A stretch of DNA of 64,000 nucleotides from Octopus sinensis. Taxonomy: Eukaryota. The notes under the pieces are model-generated. The model did not search any database. It had not been told where the DNA came from and worked only from the letters and a program-made list of their open reading frames with translations. Location of the stretch: positions 51,088,001-51,152,000 of the forward strand of contig NC_043007.1 in assembly GCF_006345805.1 (NCBI RefSeq), given 5' to 3'. The translations under genes were made by a program, and so were the position numbers. Positions 27,218 to 40,158 of the stretch are shown here, one piece after another. Each line of letters opens with the position of its first letter. Within the stretch, counting starts at the first letter, position 1.

Positions 27218-27740
27218 GATTTTCACTGAGAAAAAAGAAAAAAACTCGGATTTTTGCGTGGAATTAAGTACCCTGAAATCCTAATATGCTGCAAATCCCT
27301 TATTTTGGTTCGGAAAGAAGAGGGGTAGGGCGAGGGGGACCCCATATCCCAGAATCATTGGAATCTTTTTTTTTATTGAATGAATTCCTGTGACCTCCTA
27401 ATGTTCTACAAAATCCTTTTGGGGGTCCAAAAACGGGGTGGGGTGAGATTGAAGCCTCAGAAATTTCACCCCCACCCCTATCGATCTTTCCACCCATAGG
27501 ATTTTCACTAGCGAAAAAAATAAAAATCGGACTTTTTTTTGCGTGAAATCAAGTACCCTGACCTCCTAATATGCTGCAAATCCCTTATTTTCGTTCGGAG
27601 AAAATGGGGTGGGACGAGGCCTCCCCCCCATCCCGGAATCATTGAGAATTTCTTTTTCGTTGAATGAATTCTTGTGACCTCCGAAAAACGGGTTGGGGTG
27701 AGGTGGAAGCCTCGGAAATTTTACCCACTCCCAACATTTT
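27218..27740. repeat. Two diverged tandem units (282-bp period) inside the putative Helitron
   Basis: GATTTTCACT...AAGTACCCTGA..TCCTAATATGCTGCAAATCCCTTATTTT...GAAGCCTC.GAAATTT starts at 27218 and 27500. Confidence 0.85.
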
Positions 27741-27809
27741 ACATAGATAAACATTCGCTATTAAAAGTATATATATATATATATATATATAGCAGAGAAT
27801 GTAACATAT

Positions 27810-27848
<39 letters not shown>

Positions 27849-27853
27849 TCAGA

Positions 27854-28132
27854 ATAAGCAACAAGAATGACTCCGGTAATTTGGTACGATCGTTTCGTAC
27901 TACATCATTTTATTAAATGTTGTAAGTATTACAACAGTTTTAAAATGCTGATATAGAGCCAATTATAGAGGTTTTCCATTAATACAAAAATGTTCATATC
28001 AAGTGGAAAACCACTATAATTGGCTGGTGTGTACTCAGCATTTTAAAACTGTTGTAATACTTACAGCATTTAATAAAATGATGTAGTACGAAACGATCGT
28101 ACCAAATTACCGGAGTCATTCTTGTTGCTTAT
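27854..28132. repeat. Foldback of the H2-family pLTR (arms 27854-27980 / 28002-28132)
   Basis: Left arm is a direct copy of 19556-19690; right arm is its reverse complement; spacer about 21 bp. Confidence 0.9.
28017..28109 (+). ncRNA. Type I hammerhead motif H3 (core CUGGUGU: A6G, A9U)
   Basis: UAAUUGG-CUGGUGU-GUACU...AGUAC-GAAAC-GAUC-GUA-CCAAAUUA. H2 (UUGAUGA) and H3 (CUGGUGU) are each compatible with an ancestral CUGAUGA. The opposite arm (27877-27965) has lost the core. Confidence 0.6.
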
Positions 28133-31100
28133 TTTGATTGTAACCACCCCACGGATTTATATGGATAACACCATACAGAATTCTGGTGCATCTAAATTAA
28201 GTACCATATTCATTTGAATCTAAATTTTTGCTGAACCTATATATATATATAAAATATGGGCCAAGGGGTGTTAGATGATGGGGAGGGGTTGAAAGGTCTA
28301 GCATGTACATCCTGATCACCTCTTCCGGTCAAACTCCCAGCCCACGCGTTCACGTCGTGACATATTCTGCAGAACTAGGTTGGGTGTGAAAACCAACTTT
28401 AAAGTATAAATATAGATTTTTTTGAATCAGTAATGTTGTGTTCGGTTAAGTCCTGTTTGTGGTGAAAAATCAATAAACTGATTCCTTATGGGGTTTCCCA
28501 TTCAATCAGGATGAAAAATCGATGGACCGATTCCTTATAGTATTTCTCCGTAAAAGTGGCTACACCACATTTTCAACCAATTTTTATGTCTTTTGTTCAA
28601 ACTTGATACCGGCGTTACTTAGGATTCATGGGATCTTTGAATGGTTCAAGTTCTCCCCCCACTCCCAAAAAAACGATCGATGAGTGAATTTCACTCAAAT
28701 TTGACGTCGGTCTTAGTTTGGTTTGAAACAAAGCGCTTGATTAGCATAATAATCCTAACTTAATCCCAGGCAACGCCGGTCTATACTGCTAGTGTATATA
28801 TATATATGACCTCCCCTCGAAAATACTAATCCGATACAGAATGTGTCGGTAGCCAGCTGGAAGAAATGTCTTCCTGGGGCTATGAACGTCAGTAGCACTG
28901 TCCTGTACAGGACGCCACACTTGGTTGGCAATATTATAAAGAATGAATGAACAGACACAATATGTGGTACCAATTTAGAACATGGAATTCAAACATAATT
29001 ATAGATTTGTTACAATGAAGCTTTTGTAGAAAAAGGTTGGAGGAAATTGTGCATAAAGTCTCTAACACCTACTTCCAGATTAGCTGCGCATATGTTGCAT
29101 GTTTGACCGAACTAACATTGCCAACTATATCGTCTTCAGAGAGAAAGAATTAAAGAATCTCCTTATTAAGAGATATTACTAGTTACCAGCTCCATCGTCG
29201 AAGAGAGATTGAAGTAGATTATGGGTGGAAGGCTTGTGAGGAACAAAGGAAAGTATATAAGAACGCATAAAGGAAAGACAGTCAGGAATGTATAAGAGTA
29301 AATAGAGACTAACAAGAATAGCAAAGGCATATCTAACTTAAGAGTTATTGGAGATGGCTTTCGCGAAGGCTGCATGACCATGATCATCAGGCGAATTAAA
29401 TAGCAACAAGAACAGTAACATCATCAGCAGCAGAAATAGGGGCTAGGAATTTTCAAAACATTTGTACCTTAGAATGTCATGTTATATATTCAATGCGATC
29501 AATGTTTTTTCACAAGAGAAGACTTGTTGGAACCAAACTTAAAAGTTTTCTGATATATTAGGCTCGAAGAACCCTAATGAGCCAAACAGCATTTTCCTGT
29601 TTTGGACCTTTTTAATAACATAATTAAAACTGTCCTCTGAACGATTGATGAATAATAAAACTCAACTTCTGCTTGACAATCACTGTGAATCCATTGTTTC
29701 GGATTTGATTCTGATCGATAATGAATGATATTGCTAAAATAGACACAAAACAAAGAATATTTAAGGAAAGTGTGGGGTCGATTAAATAAACCAACGGTTC
29801 TTGGTTGATTCTTAATTTTGCTCACGGCCACACATCTTAAGATTTCAATGTTGAATCTATTTGAGGAAAGACATATTTGAACACAATAAAATGTTTATTT
29901 TTGGCATTGACACAAACCCACGTAGTCTAATATATATACCATTGAATCATCAAGTCCACGCATTTTGCTGATATTTATTTTATAAGGGCAAAATACAGCT
30001 CATTTCTTGTTTCAGTGGTAATGTAAAGTAATCTACTTAAAGAGTGCCATGCATTTCCTCTGATACTCATCTGAGTCTGCTGTGTCCCTATCATTGTACA
30101 GGATCTCACAGATAAAAGAAGTAGGTGGCGTATAGACGATTCATCAATTCCTGAAAGAAGTAAATTTCACTTTGCTAGGATTTGAAATCGGAATGAAAAT
30201 TATCTCAATATCACATGTTGTTTGCTCTACTTAGTCCACCATTTATCGCTCTGAAAAGCAATCAATATAGATTTCTTATACAAATAGTAGTTCTTCAAAT
30301 TTAAGGCGGTGTAAGGGCCATAAAAGGGAAACCATTATTGGACTGATATTTTATCAACACCGGAAGTTGAAAAAAGACAAAGGGAAGTCTTAATGCAATT
30401 TGAACAAGAATGAACTAAACTATCGTAGCATATTCTGTCCAATGCTCTACCTGCTCTGTTAATATATCACACTAAAAGAATATACAAAATGAATCAGTAT
30501 GGAAATGCTAAGAGAGTTCAAATCCTGCCGAGGTCAACTTTACTTTCATCTTTTCGAGGTTGTTAAAAGAAAGTACCACTCAAATACTGGACTCATTAAA
30601 ATCGACAGTTCCCACCCCCACATATTTCTGACTCGTATTAAGGTTGGTGCGGTTTAGGAATCTATGCAGTTCTAGATTCAATTATCTGCTTCCTCCAAAA
30701 TTCTGTCAGGTGGGGTATTGTATTTCTTCCTTCTAGGATCGATAATATAAACGCTAGAATCTTCACCGAAGTTGATTCAATTTAAGAATCATTTATACAA
30801 GAACGCTGAATGTCAGAACCGGTAAAGCACAAAACTAAAATGCTTCACAGATTTAAATGCTTCCCATATTTACGCAAGTATAGGAGATAACATTGCAGAC
30901 GTTTTAATCTCTTATTAAAAACTCATTGGCGAAACATATTATGTATTAAATGCATTAAAGTGGTAATGAGAGAATCGCTGCATACATGTAGGAGAATGGG
31001 CACAAGCTGATATAGCAAAATAGGAAACATTAACTGCTTCAAAATCAGTAAAGCGTACTTGATATAGGAAACCTACATTATTAAAAGGTTATAAAGGAAT

Positions 31101-32149
31101 AACTATGCGGTAAGAACCGAAAACAATACCAGCAAATGACTAGCATTTTATTTCGCTAAGGGAGACTATGTGGAGCCTTTCAGTTATATCATGACCTCAT
31201 CAGCTAAGGATCGACATCACTGTAATTACCGAAGAAGTTATGAAAGAAACATTAATTTAATACCCCAAAATTGTACATAGATCAATGTAGATTTATGAGA
31301 GTCCATTTCAAAAATATCTAGTTATAAATATTTGTGACATTATCAGCGCTGTCAATTGATATCAATAACTTTCATCAAAATATCTATAAGCGGTGAGCAC
31401 TGGAAATTGAGTCAGATCATGTCTTCAACTGTAAACACAGGTTAATGGAGACTGTGCTTGGTACTTCCGCTGCTCTATTTATTTGTTGCTAATAAATCTT
31501 ATTATTTCTGTCTATATAGAAGCCAGGGTGGGGCATAATTATTGATGTGCGTTTGTTGGTGTTGTTTATTTTACAATATCGATTGATATCCGGTTCCTTC
31601 GTCTGTGGCACAAAATACAATCAATTTTATCATTAGCTTCATCGTGATAGTTCACATCATCTTCAAAGTTAATCATCATCATCGTCACCATCGTCGTCGT
31701 CGGTCGACGTCGTCATCACCTCTGCGTCCATAGCTGCAACCACCACAAACCTCATTACCACCACCACCACCACCATCTTCATCATCATCGTCAATGTCAT
31801 CACATTCATCATTATGGTAAAAGTCAAATTAGATGTACAAAGGAATACAATAAAATAAAATGTCATGTTAAACATTAACAATGAAAGTTGTGTGAGTGTG
31901 TGTGTGTGTGTGTGCGTGTGTGCGTGTGTGTGTGTGTGTGTGTTATCGCGTCAAACTGCTTCGAGCTCTTTACGTTCTGCGTTCAAATTCCACCGAGGTC
32001 CACTTTGCCATTCACATCTTGGGGTCGATAAGTAAAATACCAGTCAAGTCGATGCAATCGACTTACTCCTACCACCAAAATTTCAGGCCTTGTGCCTTTG
32101 GCAGAAAGGATTATTATTATTATTATCATCATTATTATTATTATTATTA

Positions 32150-32186
<37 letters not shown>

Positions 32187-32586
32187 GAGTGAGAGAGCAG
32201 TGCATGCCATCAAAGTGACACTGGGGTAAAATATACGAAGCGCAATATATCCATCATGACTACCCGTCTGATAAGGGTACACCAGGCACATGCATCACAA
32301 CCATATGTGCGCGACATGGTGATCTCATATCAAGATAAACAGCACATGACCTTGCAGGTGGGGCCCAGTTAGAATTTTCTTCAGGTTGAGTAGCCCATCC
32401 TGCTCAAAAGGTCCCTGAATAAGGGTTGTTTAAGGATGTTGAAAGAACCACCCATGTTTCCAGAGGTGAATTATTCAAACCCTAAAGAATCCCTCTCAAC
32501 ACATGGCTATGATGCTCCCCCACTACTTCTGCTCGTGATCAGAGATGCAAATATCGTCAGCCACTAAGGGACATGCTCAACTGGTT
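32187..32586 (-). mobile_element. Family D non-autonomous retroelement ending in (TAA)n, 5'-truncated copy 1
   Basis: 400 bp matching 35759-36160; (ATT)n on both sides. Confidence 0.8.
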
Positions 32587-32610
32587 ATATTATTATTATT
32601 ATTATTATTA

Positions 32611-32650
<40 letters not shown>

Positions 32651-33050
32651 GAGTGAGAGAGCAGTGCATGCCATCAAAGTGACACTGGGGTAAAATATAC
32701 GAAGCGCAATATATCCATCATGACTACCCGTCTGATAAGGGTACACCAGGCACATGCATCACAACCATATGTGCGCGACATGGTGATCTCATATCAAGAT
32801 AAACAGCACATGACCTTGCAGGTGGGGCCCAGTTAGAATTTTCTTCAGGTTGAGTAGCCCATCCTGCTCAAAAGGTCCCTGAATAAGGGTTGTTTAAGGA
32901 TGTTGAAAGAACCACCCATGTTTCCAGAGGTGAATTATTCAAACCCTAAAGAATCCCTCTCAACACATGGCTATGATGCTCCCCCACTACTTCTGCTCGT
33001 GATCAGAGATGCAAATATCGTCAGCCACTAAGGGACATGCTCAACTGGTT
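32651..33050 (-). mobile_element. Family D copy 2, tandem and apparently identical to copy 1 (period 464 bp)
   Basis: Same truncation point (CAACTGGTT|ATAT) and same private variants as 32187-32586. Confidence 0.85.
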
Positions 33051-33051
33051 A

Positions 33052-33150
<99 letters not shown>

Positions 33151-33174
33151 TATCATTATTATTATTATTATTTT

Positions 33175-33570
33175 ACGAAAACTCATATCCGGCAGATTAA
33201 GGTCATGCTTTTCAGAACCCTTCGAAGAATTCTTGCAGTTTCAAGCAATGCTGAGTTTTGCAGGCGTTCTACCTTCACACTTGCAGCAATCTTTTTTAGC
33301 CATGTTCGTAGTTGAGTGTTGATGCTCCCTAATATCACGTCTACTCTCTTCATTGACCACTACCTTCGTATTTCCCACTTCAAATCGTCATAATTGTTTA
33401 TTCTTCCTTCTTTCACATTGATCCTGTTATCACTTGGGCTCCCTATGTCAATTATCAAATATGTTCTTTCTTTTTTATTCACCCCAACAATGTTCGCATT
33501 CCCATGTCTGGTCGGGTGATTGCACTGGATCATTGCATCCCACAAGATTTCGCAATCTCCATTTTCGGTA
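33175..33570 (-). mobile_element. R4/Dong-like LINE, RLE C-terminal part with (TAA)n tail
   Basis: TENGDCEILWDAMIQCNHPTRH...IIDIGSPSDNRINVKE...YDDLKWEIRR; continues the reading from 35090-35690 across the HERO insertion. Confidence 0.8.
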
Positions 33571-35085
33571 AATCCTACCAATAACATCAATCGCCGAAGA
33601 ATATAAGGATTTTGCAATCTCCATTTTTGGTAAATCCTACCAATAACATTAATCGCCGAAGAATATAAGGCAGGAAAGGCAAGGACAGTAATGATGTTAA
33701 GGTATTCAAAAGATCAGAGCATCCGGGAAAACCCTCCAAAGGTACGAACAGGGAGGAAATGGAAGGCGGAAGAAGCAGTAAACAGGGCGATCGGAAAACT
33801 AAGGCACGCCGATAAAGTCGGAGCGGCGCAAGAAGCAAGAGCCGGCCTAGGGTCGCACAATTTCAGGCCATTTTGCAAGAGCAGTATAAAAGAGATGAAA
33901 GAGGCAATGGTACACGAAGTGAGGAAGGAGGAATAAGAAAGGGACAGTGCCTGAGATGGGAGGTATATGTGATCAGTCGCAGAATATCATGGAAGGAACT
34001 TTGGGCTTGGAGACAAACAAGAACATCCTTCCTGATCAAGTCTAGCACTAGAAAGGTATACATGGCGTCATAATCAAGTCTTCGGCGTCATAAGCGCAGC
34101 ACTCAAGAAGAAGATCGAGAGATACAATAGGGGAGAGTACCCAAAAGTGGAAAAACGCAGGAAAGTATACTTCCAGAAGGAGGGAAAAGGACATAAGACC
34201 AGGCCTATATAAAATATACGAGATAGACGAAAGATGAAAGGGATACTAGGAGGTGGCCACAGATTTGTAAAGACTAGTAATATTTCCACTCATAAAAACA
34301 ACAAAAAGACCAGATTTAGTCCTATGGAACAGACAACAGAGAATAGGAATTTTGATAGAACTGACAGTGCCATGGGAAGAGAACATCGACAACGCAGAGA
34401 AGCGAAAGGAGAAGATGTACGAAAAACTAATCGGAGAGGGCAGAGAACAGGGATGAACTGTCGAGTATTACCACCTGGCAGTGGGGGCTTAGAGGCTTCC
34501 TTGAAAAAAAAAAGGACAACGTTATTCAAAAGATTTGTTTTTTCTAGCTCGGAGCTGAGAAAACTAATAAGGAGAGTACAGGAGGCGGTCGAAAAAGCCA
34601 GCTTCTATATATGGCTGAAGCGGGAAGACCAAAAATGGCTTGAAAGTCATAACATGCCGGCAGGAAAATAACATCACTTGGTGAAACAAGTTGACACTGA
34701 ATTAGTTTCGCTGATTGACAGGTGACGGTCTCGTTTAGAGAATGCGTGGGTTAAGACTACGCGCCTTCATTGGTCAGTTAAAGTTGAGGCAGTGTCACGT
34801 GACACCTTCCTGGGGCTGCCTGCTGGAGTCTAGCAGCAGGTATTTAAAGGGAAATTTGACAAGACAGTCAGTCGCCCGCTGACACTCGTTGACGCTGCAT
34901 CGAAGAGGCCAGGGAAAGAAGACATGCACCCAACACCAGAGCTGAAGACACCTCCGAAAGGGTGGGGCGGCCACGTCAAAACGATAGAGGAGTAGGGGGC
35001 AAAACCGGACGTGGTTCCTCCTGATAATATGTTGAGCTAACTGGATCCTATAAAGGAGCTGTTGTGGTAGCAGACCACGAAACAC
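33570..35085 (+). mobile_element. 5'-truncated HERO-like LINE inserted antisense into the Dong-like element
   Basis: LPITSIAEEYKAGKARTVMMLRYSKD..KVRTGRKWKAEEAV; RRISWKELW; RLE motif RPDLVLWNRQQRIGILIELTVPWEENIDNAEKRKEKMYEKL (from 34307); ORF stop at 34671 followed by about 400 bp of 3' UTR. Confidence 0.85.
34769..34873 (+). promoter_or_regulatory. Putative Pol II promoter inside the HERO-like 3' UTR
   Basis: Reverse CCAAT (ATTGG 34769-73), 14-bp palindromic E-box GTGTCACGTGACAC (34792-34805), TATTTAAA (34841-48), Inr-like TCAGTC (34868-73) with A+1 29 nt after the first TATA base. Confidence 0.5.
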
Positions 35086-35089
35086 GGTT

Positions 35090-35690
35090 GAAATTCCTCT
35101 GGAGTTTTCTCGCACCACGTCTTCGCTCATTACACGCCGTGATTTCCATAGAGCTCCCAATGGATCATTCTTGCCACATTATCATGGCGTCTTTTGTATT
35201 CTTGTTGTGCCAATTTCGATCGTTTGCTAACGATGTGCCATATCGTTTCATTCCTCTCACCACACATTCTGAATTTGTCACTATCGGTATTGTCTATTCT
35301 GCACTTCATATAGTTGGTTCTTGACGCTTGTTCCTGAGCTGCGCATATGAGTGTTTCTGTCTATTTTCAAGTCCCTCCTCCTCATTTATAGCTGTCGGTC
35401 ATCTGTATTTGTCTTGGCGTTCACATCTCTTGCAAACTGACCATACATTTTCTTTCCCTTCCATAATTATCTCTCTTTTTTTTTTGTTCATTTCTAGTTT
35501 AATTTTTCTTTAGTTACATAATTTTCAGCTTTCAATGAAGCCAACCTTCTTCGTGTGCTTCAACAGTGGCTCCACAGCATTTATTATATAACACCCTAAG
35601 CTGTTTTCCGTTGATCCAATACAGTACTGGTTGCTGATCAAACCTATCCTACCCTTTCTTCTGGACAAGTATAACCTATCGGTTATTATT
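35090..35690 (-). mobile_element. R4/Dong-like LINE, thumb to CCHC part
   Basis: DRLYLSRRKGRIGL...; KLAQQEYKRRHDNVARMIHWELYG; starts at an (ATT)n run. Confidence 0.8.
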
Positions 35691-35697
35691 ATTATTA

Positions 35698-36409
<712 letters not shown>

Positions 36410-36424
36410 CTGCTTTATTATTAT

Positions 36425-36562
36425 ATTTGTTTCAGTCATTTGACTTCAGCCATGCTGGAGCACCGCTTTTAGTCGAGCAAATCAACCCCAGTACTAATTC
36501 TTTGTAAGCCTAGTACTTATTCTATTGGACACTTTTGCCTAACCGCTAAGTTGCGGGGATGT

Positions 36563-36611
<49 letters not shown>

Positions 36612-36735
36612 CGATGGGCTTTGGTCGGCCCGAGGATATAGTAGAAGGCACCTGCCCGAGGTGCCACGCAGTGGGAGTGAACCCAGAACGATGTGGTTTG
36701 CAAGCAAGCTACTTACCTCACAGCCACTTCTGCGC
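36425..36735 (-). mobile_element. SINE family C, internally deleted
   Basis: Aligns with 37745-38165. Confidence 0.8.
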
Positions 36736-36736
36736 C

Positions 36737-36815
<79 letters not shown>

Positions 36816-36877
36816 CATTATTATTATTATTATTATTTTTATTATCATTATCATCATCATCAGCATCATCATCATCA

Positions 36878-36913
<36 letters not shown>

Positions 36914-37744
36914 TATTATTATTATAGCAAGGAAATGAAAGTAAGACAGAGAGTGAGAGAGGGAGAGAGTAGTGAGAGTTATGTCCACACAAAACTCCCC
37001 TTAATAGCAAATTGCGAGAAGTTAAACGAAAAATATTAGGAGTGGTGTGGTGGACGAGAAGAAGAGAAAGCAAAGCAAGCAAAAGACGTGGCGTAACTGC
37101 AGTCAATTTCCTATCAATGGCAGAAAATGAAAGGCAGAAACATTTTTACTTGATAGCAGAAAGATAAAATAAAGATATAATTTTTTAACTGGAAATCAAG
37201 CAAGCTAAAAACAAAGAAGCAACAACAAAAAGCGAACAAAATTTAAAACGTTAGTTTTTCTCTTCTTTACTTTTTGTTGTGTGGAACTGTAAGTAAAATG
37301 TCTCGGAAGAAAACCAAAGATATTTTCAAATGTCAAATATATAAAGGCTCCATTATATGGTAGAATGGCAAGTTTTGATAGCAGAGCAGAAAATTGATGG
37401 GAGGCGAAAATATGGTTGATGAATGGGCATCATATTTCACGTTTCATATCTCCATCGGCCACGCCCATCTATCTTAACTGGTAGTGCAAGAACGTGTATG
37501 TGTGGGGGGTGTTATAATGTGGAAGATACGGTACAATACATCTGAAATAGCAGTTGATAATTTCATCTTAGAATAAAAGTCTATTAGATTAATAACCAAA
37601 CATCGAATCAGCTAAGGATAGCATTACGCTTGTGCATGTGTATGCGTTACTCTCTCTACTGCCGTCTCTTTCTCTTAGAATACTCATGTATGTATATATA
37701 TGTATGTGCTTATGTATATATATATACTATTTTACTCTTTTACT

Positions 37745-37953
37745 TGTTTCAGTCATTTGACAGTGGCCATGCTGGAGCACCACCTTTTAGTCGAGCAAAT
37801 CGACCGCAGGACTTATTCTTTGTAAGCCTATTACTTATTCTCTCAGTATCTTTTGCCGAACCGCTAAGTTACGGGGACGTAAACACACCAGCATCGATTG
37901 TCAAGCGATGTTGGGGGGGGGACAAACACAGACACAAACATATATACATACAC

Positions 37954-38004
<51 letters not shown>

Positions 38005-38165
38005 ACGGGCTTCTTTCAGTTTCCGTCTACCAAATCCACTCACAAGGCTTTGGTCGGCCTGAGACTATAGTAGAAGACACTTGCCCAAGGTGCCACGCAG
38101 CGGGACTGAACCCGGAACCATGTGGTTCGTAAGCAAGCTACTTACCACACAGCCACTCCTACGCC
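37745..38165 (-). mobile_element. SINE family C, near full length with an internal (TA)n
   Basis: tRNA-like head on the minus strand AGTGGCTGTGTGGTAAGTAGC...GGGTTCAGTCCC; further copies at 43365-43500(-), 43500-43875(+) and 47005-47160(-). Confidence 0.85.
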
Positions 38166-39189
38166 TATATATATATAAAATGTATATGTATGTACATAAG
38201 TGTGTTTGTACACATATATATATATGTGTGTGAGTGTGTGTGTGTGAGTGTACATATATATATATTTCTAAATATGCATTCCTGTGTCATGTGTGTGCCT
38301 GTTCAGTATGTATGTACGAATATTATTTTTAAATTTCTAACCAATTTGCCGTTTGCAAATCCAGAAACAAAGATTATACATCGGAATTTATACATCAACT
38401 AAGTAATTGTCTACGTACATATATGTGTGTATGAGTGAGAGAGAGAGAGAGAGAGAGAGGGAAAAGAAAAAGAGGAAGGGGGAGGGAGGGGGAGAGAAGG
38501 AAGGAGTGAGAGAGGGAAGGAGAGAGAGGGGAGGGAGAGAAAGCATGCAAATGTAGGTAAGCGTGGATGCATTTATCTATATTATTATGGCCGAGTTTGG
38601 TTTAACTCATATATGAGTATATACACATGTTAGCGATTATATGTTCTTTATTTACAGACTGCGCCATAGTGTACAAGGTCACTGCTGTAGTACTGATGAA
38701 GTTAGACAGGTGGTGATGGTGCTTTCAAATAGCTATTTCTTTATCTGCTGGCTGTTGAAGCAATAATGATTTCAAATTTTGGTACAGGGCCAGCAATTTC
38801 AGGGAAGGGCTAAGTCCATTACATCGATCCCAGTACTTAGCAGATACAATCTTTTATCGAACCCGGAAGAATGAAAGCAAAGCTGACTTCGTCGGAATTT
38901 GAACTCAGAACGTAAAGACGGACGAAATGTTGCTAAGCATTTTGCCCGGAGTGTTAATGATTCTGCTAGCTTGCCATCAAGAATAATGAAACTGAGAAGT
39001 TTTTTCCCACCGCATACTCTATATGTCTGCTTATTACAATTCAAAATGGCGGCGATGTTCTACATATATTCACAGTTCCATTAATGCATTGTAATTGTGA
39101 TTTCTCAAGTGGCCGCGTTCTTACAGGATCCTCGTTAGTCTGGTGTTGAAGTAATATCCAATTACCTAGATAATTACGGGTACAAATGA

Positions 39190-39880
39190 GAAAAAAAAAC
39201 ATTGTAAACGTTTAGTTACTCTAATTTCACGGAGGAAACTTTGGCCATCGCCAAATAAATTCAGGTGTCCGATTGGACTATCGGAACTGTGGTGCGCGAG
39301 GACATAAAATACAAGTCGTATATATTGAGGAGAGGCCAATTCGTGTCAAGCAGTTACTTAACATGATTAAAATCCTTACGAAATGGCATGCTTTTATTCT
39401 TTTCTGCTGAAAAAAACTTCGACGAAGATCAAAAGTGTAGCACGAGAAATAAGAGATGGTTAAATGCAGATGTTCCAAGAGGAATGGACTTAGGAGAGAT
39501 ATGTAACGAAGATCATATCATGTTATCTCAATTTTTCTCTGTAAAGGTCTTAGAATTAATGCTGCTAATTACGTTGAGACGCTGGAGACAGTTGTTAAGC
39601 CCTAGATGGTTGAAGTACGCAGTGAAAGGACATATGTGCTTCAACAAAACTTAGTACCTTCTCACAAAGCCAAAGCGATTCAAGAATGGATGCCAGGCAT
39701 CCTATGGACTTTTAGGTTTCGAGCGTTGTTGAAAGGGAGACTAATCCACTTTATCAAAATATCATAGCTTCACTGAAGCCACCATTGTCCAGGTGACGTC
39801 TGAAATGAATTTGGACCATCTAGCGCAGGCATATAAATAACGTTGAGCTGGCATTGAAGCTGAAGATTGATAAAATTATC
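39190..39880 (+). mobile_element. Decayed maT/DD37D-like transposase
   Basis: FFSAEKNFDEDQKCSTRNKRWL and LQQNLVPSHKAKAIQEWM; homologous to 8300-9300. Confidence 0.75.
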
Positions 39881-40068
39881 TCATAAGATATTTCATCGGG
39901 AACATGTGTACAAATATATTTAATTTTTTTAAAAAATTGAATTACCAAGTATGTGCTCAAATACCTCTCGCATCTTTCGTGTTTGTGTGTGTGGATTGAT
40001 AGATAGCTGGCTAGATACATAGATAGATAAACAGACAGACAGACAGACATACAGACAGACAGACAGAC

Positions 40069-40158
<90 letters not shown>

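Larger units (their letters stand above)
26897..28792 (+). mobile_element. Probable non-autonomous Helitron (A|TC ... hairpin-CTAG|T), with nested insertions
   Basis: 5' TCTATATCTATAAAAGG at 26897 preceded by A; 3' CCCAGGCAACGCCGG (imperfect hairpin, 28765-28779) then TCTATACTGCTAG ending at 28792, followed by T. Linking the two ends is inferred. Confidence 0.55.
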
